From positions 27,342,001 to 27,406,000 of the forward strand of contig OX597835.1 in the NCBI GenBank assembly GCA_951406725.2: a stretch of DNA of 64,000 bases, in the 5' to 3' direction. The notes under the pieces were generated by a model that saw nothing but the letters and a program-made list of their open reading frames with translations, did not search any database and had not been told where the DNA came from. Shown in pieces: positions 24,301 to 34,715 of the stretch (its first letter is position 1; each line of letters begins with the position of its first letter). Both the position numbers and the translations under genes were made by a program. Origin of the DNA: Octopus vulgaris (taxonomy: Eukaryota).

Positions 24301-27300
24301 CATACACACACACACAACGGGCTTCTTTCAGTTTCTATCTGCCAAATTCACTCACAAGGCTTTGGTTGGCCTGAGGCTATAGTAGAATACACAAGGAACC
24401 TGGAACCATGTGGTTGGTAAGCAAGCTTCTTACCACACAGCCACTATATCTGTAATCTAGAAATTGAGCAACAGAGACTGATAAAATAAATACTGGACTT
24501 GAAAATGAAAAAAGAAATTAAGTACATACTGAGGTTGATTTGTTAGATTAAACATGTTAAAGCCATGCTCCAGCATGGCCAGTGTTTGATGACTGCAACA
24601 AATGAACCTATCAGGCGCAGGAGTGGCTGTGTGGTAAGTAGCTTGTTTACCAACCACATGGTTCCGGGTTCAGTCCCACTGCGTGGCACCTTGGGCAAGT
24701 GTCTTCTACTATAGCCTCGGGCCGACCAAAGCCTTGTGAGTGGATTTGGTAGACGGAAACTGAAAGAAGCCTGTTGTATATATGTATATGCGTTTGTGTT
24801 TGTCCCCCTAGCATTGCTTGACAACCGATGCTGGTGTGTTTATGTCCCCGTAACCTAGCGGTTTGGCAAAAGAGACCGATAGAATAAGTACTGGGCTTAC
24901 AAAAGAATAAGTCCCGGGGTCGAGTTGCTTGACTAAAGGCGGTGCTCCAGCATGGCTGCAGTCAAATGACTGAAACAAGTAAAAGAGAGTAAAGAGTATC
25001 ATTATTGCTACTCCATAATCGGCCCCACTTTTCTTCAACGCCTCCAGGATGGAGCAATACTGCCCACTTTCGGAACCACTGCATTATATGGTCATACCTT
25101 ATCAGTTGTAATGTGATGCTACTGTCTTTTTCTTTTACAGGACAGAATATTGTTTCGTTCACGACGTAAAAACATCATTGTTTGTACTGATTATAACAGT
25201 GTCATGAACATCAACTTATCAGACCACAAACCTGTTTACGGAGTGTTTGAAGTTTCGCTGAGACCTGGAAGGGACACGTGAGTATTCATTTAAGACTTTC
25301 GAGGAGCTTTGTTAGAATAACTTACTAGATATTTTAAAAGTTTATTGTTAATGTATAACTCTTTTTGGTACCAACTTACCTGAGGTAGCTTCTATATAAA
25401 TTTTCTGTGATCTAAATTAAAATCTTTTAAATGTTAATTTATATTCCAAACATTAGCTTAATGAGTTAATTTTAACATAAAAAATCAATGAAAACTAGTT
25501 GTGATCCCTGGGCCGGTGGCACATAAAAAGCACCAGCCGAATGTGGCTGATGCCAGCGCCGCCTTGCCTGGCTTCAGTGCCGGTGGCACATAAAAATCAC
25601 CCACTACACTCATGGAGTGGTTGGCGTTAGGAAGGGCATCTACCTGTAGAAACACTGCCAAATCAGACTGGAGCCTGGTGTGGCCTTCTGACTTCCCAGA
25701 TCCCCGGTCGAACCGTCCAACCCATGCTAGCATGGAAAGCAGACGTTAAACGACGATGATGATGATGAATTATATTTTGGCCAGGAAATGGAGAAAGATT
25801 GTCACTTTTATGCTGTTAGTATTTCAGAGTGCTGAGGTGGTAAATGATAGATGTTGTAGAATAGAATCAAGGACTCATCTATTTCTTGTTGAACAACCTG
25901 TACAGATGGTTTGTTTATAGTGACCAAATGGTTACAATAAGCTCAAGCCCTCTGTCAAATTGACATTGCCTGTACAGGCACATGGTATACCACAGAAGGC
26001 GCTGAGCTGGCAGAAACTTTAGCACGCCGGGCGAAATGCGTAGCCATCTTTCGTCTGCCGTTACATTCTGGGTTCAAATTCTGCTGAGGTCTACTTTGCC
26101 TTTCATCCTTTTGGGGTCGATAAATTAAATACCAGTTATGCACTGGGGTCGATGTAATCGACTTAATCCGTTTGTCTGTCCTTGTTTGTCCCCTCTGTGT
26201 TTAACCTCTTGTGGGTAGTAAAGAAATAGGTATACCACAGATGTCCTAGTGATAGCAGGAGTGGCTGTGTGGTAAGTAGCTTGTTTACCAACCACCTTGG
26301 GCAAGTGTCTTCTACTATAGCCTCGAGCCGACCAAAGCCTTGAGTGGATTTGGTAGATGGAAACTGAAAGAAGCCCGTCGTATATATGTGCGTGTCTGTG
26401 TTTGTCCCCCTAGCATTGCTTGACAACCGATGCTGGTGTGTTTATGTCCCCGTTACCTAGCGGTTTGGCAAAAGAGACCGATAGAATAAGTACTGGGCTT
26501 ACAAAAGAATAAGCTCCGGGGTCGAGTTGCTCGATTAAAGGTGGTGCTCCAGCATGGCTGCAGTCAAATGACTGAAACAAGTAAAAGAGTAAAGAGTAAC
26601 CTGCTCAGAAGATTTGTTTATAGTGATCAAATGTTTGTGCTGTATGTGAGCCGAAGCCCCTCCATCAAATTGACATTGCCTGTACAGGTGTATGGCACAG
26701 TATGCTGATTGGCAGATGTCAAAATGATCACAGAGCAACATAAAATGAAGTTCTTGATGGACTAAGTGAGGTCGTGGTGTGAATGGAGCTTCTACGTGGT
26801 CGCTCAATATGCTGGAAATAGCAGCCAAATCTCCTTTAAATCACACCCTGACGCACTGGATAATGTACTCTAATACTATACACCTATGACAATAAGATAG
26901 GATGCCAAGGTGCATAACTAGAAGGCATTTAATTAAAGGGTAGCTGGATCACGACCATCTTGGGAGTTAAATAATAACAATAATAAACATGAGATTTTGC
27001 TTCAGTCTTTTGACTGTTGCCATGCTGGGGCACCACCTTGAAGGGTTTTAATTAAACAAAACACCATGAGATATTTTTTTAAGCTTAGTACTTAATAAAG
27101 ACACTAAAACCAGTCGTCAAGCAATAGTGGGGGACATACGCACACATATATATGTACATGTGTGTGTATGTATATATGTGTTTGTGTATGTATATATGTG
27201 TATGTATGTATATATGTGTGCGTATGTGTGCGTGTATGTATATGTGCGTGTGTGTGTGTATGCGTGTGTGTGTGTGTGTATGCATGTGTGTGTGTGTGTA

Positions 27301-28192
27301 TGCATGTGTGTGTGTGTATGCATGTGTGTGTGTGTGTGTATGTGTGTGTATGTATGTGTATGTATGTATGTATGCATGTATATATATGTATCTTTCTTTT
27401 ACTTGTTTCAGTCATTTGACTGTGGCCATGCTGGAGCACCGCCTTTAGTCGAGCAAATTGACCCCGGGACTTATTCCTTGTAAGCCCAGTACTTATTGTA
27501 TCGGTCTCTTTTGCCGAACCGCTAAGTGACGTAAACACACCAGCATCGGTTGTCAAGCAATGCTAGGGGGACAAACACAAACATACACACACACACATAT
27601 ACATATATACGACAGGCTTCTTTCAGTTTCCGTCTACCAAATCCACTCACAAGGCATTGGTCGGCCCGGGGCTATAGCAGAAGACACTTGCCCAAGATGC
27701 CACGCAGTGGGACTGAACCCAGAACCATGTGGTTGGTTAGCAAGCTACTTACCACACAGCCACTCCTGCGTATGTGTGTGTATGTATGTATATGTATGTA
27801 TGTATGTATATATATATATATATGTATGTGTGTATATATATATATGTGTGTATGTATGTATATATATGTATATGTGTGTGTGTGTATGTATGTATATATA
27901 TGTGTGTATGTATGTATATATATGTATGTATGTGTGTATGTATGTATATATATGTATGTATGTGTGTATGTATGTATATATATGTATGTATGTGTGTGTG
28001 TATATATATATGTATGTGTGTGTGTATATATATATGTATGTGTGTGTGTATATATATATGTATGTGTGTGTGTATATATATATGTATGTATGTGTATATA
28101 TATATGTATGTATGTGTGTGTATATATATATATATGTGTGTGTGTATATATATATATGTGTGTGTGTATATATATATATATATGTGTGTGTG

Positions 28193-28224
<32 letters not shown>

Positions 28225-30067
28225 GTGAAACCTCACAGTACGAGTTTAATTTGTTCCATGACTGAGCTCATCTTATGATTTACTCGTTTTACAAATCAAT
28301 TTTCCCCACTGAAATTAACTAAAATATAATTAATCCGTTCCAGCTTCCCAAAACCACTCAAAATTATTTTTTTTAAGGATTTTAAAACAGAAAAGATGTA
28401 GTTACAAGTTCAACTGAATTACCTTAAAAATGGGACGATTTGTGTGCTCGTACTACGGAATTCCACTCATATTTCAAGACCAAAATTTGCATGAGTCTAA
28501 GCTCGTACAATGGGGCACTTGTACTGTGAGGTTCTAAAGTATATATGTACACACACACACAACAGGATTCTTTCAGTTTCCATCTACCAAATTCACCCAC
28601 ACGGTTTTGACCATTTTGAGCCTATAGTAGAAGACACTTGCCCAAGGTGGCAAGCAGTGGGACTGAACCTAGAACTATGTGGTTGGGAAGCAGGCTTACT
28701 TAGCACACAGCCACACCTTGCACCTATGTTGAAGACACTAAATTTTGTTTCTTTTTCCAAATTTTTCTAGGATGGCATTGGCTGCTGGAAAATTCAACCG
28801 AGAAGTTTATATTGAAGGTAAGTGTTTAAACTAGAGCTGATATCTAATCTAGGTACAAAGGTGTGGTGCCATGACCAAGTGATCCCCTATACCAGACATG
28901 GATAACCTTTTCCAAGATGCAGACCACATGAGACATGAGTCACCACCAGGCATGCCACACTACTAAAGAAATTCAAAATAATTTTTCATTAGGTGTGCCA
29001 TTCAGAAAGTGCCACAGGCCACAGATTGCCCATGGCTCTTCTATACACTCATTTAACTTGCTGTAATAATATTGATACCAGCACTGTCTCTCATGGCTTT
29101 TGATCTTAATTGATTGGAAGTGTTATCAAGTACATTGTCTTGGTATAAAAGATGGGCTACAGCAAATATTCTGCTCAATGCCACAGATTTGCTTGTCAGT
29201 TGTTTGACCGTAACCAGTTGAGCATGTCCCTTAGTGGCTGACGATATGTGCATCTCTGATCATGAGCAGTAGGGGAGCATCGTAGCCATGTGTTGAGAGG
29301 AATTCTTTGGGGTTTACTTTATTTCTGGAAACATGGGACCTTTTGAGCAGGATGGGCTACTCACCCTGAAGAAAATTCTAACTGGGCCCCACCTGCAAAG
29401 TCATGCGCTATTTATCTTGACATGAGATCAACCATGGGAAGCATGTGCCTGACATGAAATCACCATGTTGTGATACATGGGTGTACTGGGCCTCGTATAT
29501 TTTACCCCAGTATCACTTTGATGGCATGCACTGCTCTCTCACTCAAAAATAATAATAATGAAGAGAGTGTCTGTCGTTTCAGTGCTCCGAGTGCCCCTGC
29601 AACTCCTAACAACCAAGTTTGAGAAATACGTCAGAGAAATTGGAATTAACATGAGGGCAGAACAGGACCAAAAAAACCTGCTCTAATGGGGACAGCTAGG
29701 ATATTGAGATTGATGCTCGAGTGTCAGGTATTTTCCATGATACTCAACACTGCTACTGCTATGCATGCATAAACACATACATACACAAAAAATACATAAA
29801 CATAAGCAATTCAGCTGAAAAAAATATTGAAGAAATAAAACACATTTTACAGGAATCACCAAACAAATACTTTCAGTTTTGATGTACTTTCTCTGAAAGA
29901 GCACCAAAACTCAACTGTTGTTCCCTCACGCAGATCACGTCCCTGACTGAAAATGTTCTAACTGTTTCAAATTTTTGTGTCTCTTTACAGCGAACCGTCG
30001 TCGAGCTGAAAACCAGTTTGGTCAACCAGTGAATGACAAGTCCAGTTCAGTCTGTGCTATACAGTAA
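6591..30067 (+). CDS. INPP5E: Inositol polyphosphate 5-phosphatase E-like gene, spliced CDS join(6591-7831,11944-12067,13797-13897,15857-15981,17404-17523,21392-21487,22168-22338,23458-23591,25141-25277,28771-28817,29991-30067), 2373 nt, 790 aa
   Basis: All 10 introns are GT-AG with matching phases, giving one continuous frame. 5-phosphatase motifs: [49 protein letters not shown]5E-specific features: [19 protein letters not shown][12 protein letters not shown] and terminal CaaX (CAIQ*). Confidence 0.95.
7303..7440 (+). repeat. Coding CAA/CAG polyglutamine-rich tract
   Basis: Encodes [37 protein letters not shown]. Confidence 0.9.
9484..9908 (+). mobile_element. Solo LTR, probably Gypsy-type
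   Basis: TGTA...TACA termini, 4-bp TSD AACC (9480-9483 and 9909-9912), internal AATAAA near 9780. Confidence 0.7.
11944..12067 (+). CDS. INPP5E: INPP5E coding exon 2 ([41 protein letters not shown])
   Basis: Polypyrimidine tract plus aag| acceptor, |gtaagt donor, WNM motif. Confidence 0.95.
13797..13897 (+). CDS. INPP5E: INPP5E coding exon 3 ([33 protein letters not shown])
   Basis: tttcag| and |gtaagt splice sites; DIYVIGTQE motif. Confidence 0.95.
15857..15981 (+). CDS. INPP5E: INPP5E coding exon 4 ([41 protein letters not shown])
   Basis: tttcag| and |gtatgt; WE..LQETLGP and RRDLIWFCS are typical of INPP5E. Confidence 0.96.
17404..17523 (+). CDS. INPP5E: INPP5E coding exon 5 ([39 protein letters not shown])
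   Basis: gtcag| and |gtaaat; KTKG and FFGTS..F..SHF motifs. Confidence 0.96.
18110..18315 (+). mobile_element. mariner-derived MITE
   Basis: TIR-like ggtgctgaaaagtt.ctggcttt / aaagccagaaactttacagcacc with a remnant of the transposase C-terminus; second copy near 62695-62870. Confidence 0.65.
18370..18760 (-). mobile_element. SINE family A copy
   Basis: Full-length reverse-oriented copy. Confidence 0.85.
18899..19290 (+). mobile_element. SINE family A copy
   Basis: Full-length forward copy, head-to-head with 18370-18760. Confidence 0.85.
19973..20819 (-). mobile_element. Non-autonomous Tc1/mariner DD41D (rosa-type) foldback element with 338-bp inverted arms
   Basis: TA flanks, CAGGGTCAGG/CCTGACCCTG ends. 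[11 protein letters not shown]...[16 protein letters not shown] has 41 residues between the second and third D. Inserted in the (TA)n of a SINE A copy. Confidence 0.88.
21392..21487 (+). CDS. INPP5E: INPP5E coding exon 6 ([31 protein letters not shown])
   Basis: ttgtag| and |gtacag, phase 1-1; R..DY..T...L.LP pattern. Confidence 0.9.
22168..22338 (+). CDS. INPP5E: INPP5E coding exon 7 ([19 protein letters not shown]...DQLMGLLNE)
   Basis: ttgtag| and |gtatgt; catalytic motif WxGDxNxR. Confidence 0.97.
23458..23591 (+). CDS. INPP5E: INPP5E coding exon 8 ([21 protein letters not shown]...RTPSYT)
   Basis: tttcag| and |gtaaga; FQE..I.F.PTYKF and RTPSYT motifs. Confidence 0.96.
24612..24998 (+). 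mobile_element. SINE family A copy
   Basis: Full-length match to the other copies. Confidence 0.85.
25141..25277 (+). CDS. INPP5E: INPP5E coding exon 9 ([10 protein letters not shown]...[19 protein letters not shown])
   Basis: ttacag| and |gtgagt; DRILF and SDHKPV motifs. Confidence 0.96.
25997..26228 (+). mobile_element. SINE family B copy
   Basis: 13-bp TSD ggtataccacaga (25984-25996 and 26229-26241). Confidence 0.85.
27140..28222. repeat. Compound (TG/TA)n microsatellite arrays flanking a SINE A copy (27394-27770)
   Basis: Alternating purine-pyrimidine runs with 20- and 30-bp higher-order periodicity. Confidence 0.9.
28771..28817 (+). CDS. INPP5E: INPP5E coding exon 10 ([15 protein letters not shown])
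   Basis: ttctag| and |gtaagt, phase 2-1; corresponds to vertebrate PLAAGKFDRELYL. Confidence 0.92.
29560..29725 (+). mobile_element. R4/Dong-like (RLE) LINE C-terminal remnant
   Basis: Frameshifted [28 protein letters not shown], resembling the QK.ALLGTARILR terminus of RLE LINEs. Confidence 0.55.
29991..30067 (+). CDS. INPP5E: INPP5E last coding exon ([25 protein letters not shown])
   Basis: ttacag| acceptor, phase 1; ends in CaaX box CAIQ then TAA. Confidence 0.92.
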
Positions 30068-31107
30068 TTCTCTGGAGAAGCAACATTCTCTACCAAACTG
30101 TATTGAACGATAATTGAACCAATCATGACGTGAAAGTTTCCAACTCCGGGTATATTTAATCTGACGAGTAACACACACACCTTAAGTTATTAGAGAAAAA
30201 AAAAAGAGACATTCATTTCGTCATCTCACAAAATGTATTTCTATCACTATTTTGTAACTGTCTGTTAAAAGGGGTGGAAGAACAGACTGTGGTGATGGTA
30301 GGAGGGAAATTTTGACCCCAGAAGAAAGAAAAAAAAATAATTTTTCAGAAAATCGATTTTCTTCTTGAGTTTTAATTTGTCGAGTGAGTAACTTAATCTA
30401 AGACTGTGTTCATACTGAAGCACTTATATTGTGGAAGAGTCTTTTTATAACACACAAGGCTGTTAAATGCATTTGAAATTTAGCATATAAGACCTGCATT
30501 TTTTTTTTTTTTTTTAATTCTTGAATATGACAAAACAAATTGTTATGCAAGTGTAGCTGTGTGGTAAGAAGTTTGCTTCCCAGCCACATGGTTCCAGGTT
30601 CAAGTCCCGCTTAAGTTGCAACTTGAGTAAATGTCTCCTATAGCCTCGGGCTGACCAAAAGCCATCTGGGTGGATTTGGTAGACAGAAACTGAAAGAAAC
30701 CCATCATATATGGGCACATCCTTTAATCGTGCCATGTTAAAAGCACCCAGCACACACTGTGAAGTGGTTGGTGTTAGGAAGGGCATCCAGTCTTAGGAAT
30801 CCAAACCAAATCAGACTGGTGCTTGGTGCAGCTTTCCTGCTTGCCAGCTCTGGTCTAACCATCCAACCCATGCCAGCATGGAAAACGAATGTTAAAGGAT
30901 GATGATGTGATGTGTGTTACCACCATTTGAAAACAAGTGCTGGTGTGCTTACAATATTGTAACTTAGCAGTTCGGCAAAAGAGAGTGATAGAATAAGTAC
31001 CAGGCTTTAGAGAGGAAAAAAAAAAAAAGAAAGTACTGGGGTCAATTCACTTGATTAAATTCTTCAAGGCAGTACCCCAGCATGGCCACAGACTAGTTTC
31101 TGAAATA

Positions 31108-31575
31108 CAGGGTTCGCAGCGTAAAGAATTCCTGATTGAGCTTTAGTCATAATTTTTAGTAAAGGGCATAAAAACTCAAGTTCTTTCAGATTTAATTAAA
31201 TAGGTTCATATAGCATAATGAGTTATGTTTCATTCAATATGTCCAGCTTTAGCCTTCACAGTCACCAGAAGACAGCTGAAAAGAGTCACAAAAATGCCAG
31301 ATGACTTCTTCACTTAAACAATCCCATGACACGACTAAGGCTTTCTTCAGAACAGTGATTTTTTTTTTGTAAGGAACTCTTGAATATAGCGAAGTCCATA
31401 GGGTTGACACCTGGGCTGAAGGAGGACCCACACATTCTTGTCCCAAAACCTGCTGAAATGGTTCCTGCACCACTGCTGTGTCACACTGGATATATGAGAA
31501 GGCACACCATCTTGTGTGGACATGTAATTACCTCCAGATGTTTCAGTCACCCATGGTAAACATTATCCTCCAACA
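31108..31575 (-). mobile_element. Tc1/mariner DD37D (maT-like) 3' fragment
   Basis: TA+CAGGGT terminus; QDGVPSH...FWDKNVW-(frameshift)-PPS...NPMDF with about 37 residues between the second and third D. Confidence 0.7.
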
Positions 31576-32942
31576 TGTGACGAAATCCATTCACAAGGCT
31601 TTGGTCGGCCTGAGGCTATAGTAGAGAACACTTGCCTAAGGTGTCACGCAGTGGGACTGAACCTGGATCCATATAATTAGGAAGCAAAAATTAAATGTCG
31701 TTTTTCCACAAAACACTTGTAAATTGGGATGTTGGCATATATGGTAAATTTATTTCATGAAGCATCAGTTGTGACTTGGTCACTAATACAAATCCTCTAC
31801 AAATTGCAGTAGAACTGCACTTTAGGGACCCGGTTGTCGTCATGTGACAGAACTTGGAGATGCCTCATGAAATAATGTGTTATCAAATAGTTCTTCCACA
31901 AATTGACTTTATCATGTTGATAAACAGTTTTTTGATAAATTCAACACATTAACGACCACATGTACCACTGACGTTTCATCAAACTTCACACAACTGCCAC
32001 ATGCACCACCCGTGGAACATTTTCATTATTTGGGAAAATAATTTATCCTGTATTTTTGGCTTCGTTTCGAGGGTATTTAAATATCACAAGTGCTAAATAT
32101 TAAAGTTTAATTATGAAACATTGTAAAAAATGCACAAAAAAAATTTGCATTTCTTTGTAATTAAGCAGTATGATCATGTGAAATACGTGATGTCACTAGT
32201 AAGTTCCAGTAATGGGCCATGATGCTAATTAATATAAAAACTGCTGCCATCCTTCAGTGACAGGCTGAGGAAGATTCTGCAAAGATCACATGGTCAAATC
32301 TGTTTTGTTATATAATGGAATTTGTAGCTGTGATACCAGTGCCGGTGGAATGTAGGAGAACCATCTGGACGTGGCTGTAGCCAGCGCCGCCCGACTGGCC
32401 TCTGTGCCGGTGGCTCGTAAAAAGCACCATCCGACAGTGGCCATTGGCAGCTTCATCTGGTCCCCGTGCCTGTGGCACGTAAAAAGCACCTACTACACTC
32501 ACGGAGTGGTTGGCGTTAGGAAGGGCATCCAGCTGTAGAAACACTGCCAGATCAGACTTGGCCTGGTGCAGCCTTCTGGCTTCCCAGACCCCAGTTGAAC
32601 TGTCCAACCCATGCCAGCATGGAAAGCAGACATTAAACGATGATGATGATGATGAAATCAAGTCAATTCAGTTTCTTCATAGCTTAAGCTAGTCTTCCAG
32701 GACAGGGGGCAGATTTTCTGAGATCTTTTTATTATCTAGAGCAGACTAATATCCATCTATCCAATCAAAAGCAAGGGATTTATCCTGCACTTTGGAAGAC
32801 TAGTGGGGGGAGGGGGTCCCTTAATTGGAAAATAGGTAAGAGCTTACCAGCGCAAAGGGTATCTGGTTGTAAAATTTTACCCCTAAATATCCAACTCATG
32901 CTAGCATTGGAACAAAGTGGACACTAAAACAAATGAAACAAA

Positions 32943-33099
32943 AGTGGCTGTGTGGTAAGTAGCTTGCTAACCAACCACATGGTTCTGGGTTCAGTCCCAC
33001 TGCGCGGCATCTTGGGCAAGTGTCTTCTGCTATAGCCCCGGGCCGACCAATGCCTTGTGAGTAGATTTGGTAGACGGAAACTGAAAGAAGCCTTTCGTA

Positions 33100-33165
<66 letters not shown>

Positions 33166-33366
33166 GTGTGTGTGTGTTTGTCCCACTAGCATTGCTTGAC
33201 AACCGATGCTGGTGTGTTTACATCCCAGTCACTTAGCGGTTCGGCAAAAGAGACCAATAGAATAAGTACTGGGCTTACAAAGAATAAGTCCCGGGGTTGA
33301 TTTGCTCGACTAAAGGCGGTGCTCCAGCATGGCTGCAGTCGAATTACTGAAACAAGTAAAAGAGTA
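32943..33366 (+). mobile_element. SINE family A copy
   Basis: Matches the family, with a long (TA)n. Confidence 0.82.
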
Positions 33367-34692
33367 ATACATCAAAGAGGTTATCTTATACCAGATCATG
33401 TTAATGCCACAAAGTGTTCTAGAAAATTTTAACCCTTTAGCATTCAGATTACTCTGTCAAATATAATAATATTTATTTATAATATTTTGAATTAATCATG
33501 CCTTAATCTCATAACTTTAAGGGTCTGATGGTGTGATTGTGTTTAGAATGACATTGTAGGGTAGATGTAAGAGGCTGGATCTAACTGGTTTGAACATAAA
33601 ACAGGTAAAAAGTTTGGGTTGGATGCAAAAGGGTTAAAGATATTAACATTCCACTGTCCTCTGGTTTCTAAACATTTTCCCCAGATATCCTAAATTCCGT
33701 CCAGTTTTCCTCAAAATAATTTGTTATTCTTTATATTGAGATTCATTTTTAATTAAAAGTTTCTTTTTAATCTGCTTTCACAAACCCTTGATCACTTATT
33801 TGTTTTGCTATTTCTGTTGGGAAATAATTAGACGAAATAAACATCAGAGATGCTTTGATCCCATGCAGAAAGAAGATGCAGGAGGTCCACAGACATTTTG
33901 CAAGCCCTTTTAAATCCATTGCAATGCTGGAAACACTTCTCTCTTGTCAGCAGACCCCTCAGGGCCACAAGTGTTTCTGCTGTGGTGAAGGGTGAGGTAC
34001 AGGCCAAGATGTGTGGTTGAGAAATTGATGCTGGTGTGTTTAAGTCCCCGTAACTTAGCGGTTTGGCAAAAGAGACCGATAGAATAAGTACTAGGCTTAC
34101 AAAGAATAAGTCCTGGGGTCGATTTGCTCAACTAAAGGCGGTGATCCAGCATGGCCAAAGTCAAATGACTGAAACAAGTAAGAGTAAAAAGAGAGAGTAT
34201 CTCAGAGCTTTGAGATTTCAATGATATAATTCTTTAGTTTCACAATGACATTGTAGGGTAGGGGCGAGAGGCCAGACTTGGTCACTCTAAACATAAAACA
34301 GAAACAAGTAAAAGAGTAAAGAGGCATGCCCCTCGCTAAGTGGGGGGTGCTGGACAGCACTGCTCCATTATTCAAAGGTGCACCCTCAGATTTACACTTA
34401 TTTCGAAATTCCACTTAGGCATTATTACAAATTAGAGTCCACCCAGAAATATTCTAAAGCACCCTGCCAGCCAAGAGGTATGTTCAGAGGAATTGCACAC
34501 ATTGTAGTACTCAGTGACAACATAGCAAGAGGAGACAATTATAAAAGGTAAAAAAACTAAAAAAAAACAAGACTTGATACTGAAGGCATTTACAAATAGA
34601 TTTTACTTAAATTTTTTAACATACTATAGAGTTCAAGGAAGTAAAAGGCGCCAGTGTGTACATAGTACATGGCTACTATGTTATTTACGGTT

Positions 34693-34715
34693 TCATGATT
34701 TCTCTGCTGCAACTT
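34693..34715 (-). CDS. ATP5F1E: ATP5F1E coding exon 3 (K-VAAEKS*)
   Basis: Strong acceptor ttttctcttttcctatttttcag| on the minus strand, phase compatible, followed by unique UTR-like sequence. The exon is short, so it is less certain. Confidence 0.75.

Noticed and set aside
27085-28278. Long ORFs rich in Y/I/V/C/M/H/T (also at 49.5, 54.1, 55.6 and 58.0 kb)
   Set aside because: Translations of stop-free (TA/TG/CA)n microsatellites.
33840-34025. Non-repetitive GC-richer stretch between the two genes
   Set aside because: No convincing frame or splice sites on either strand.
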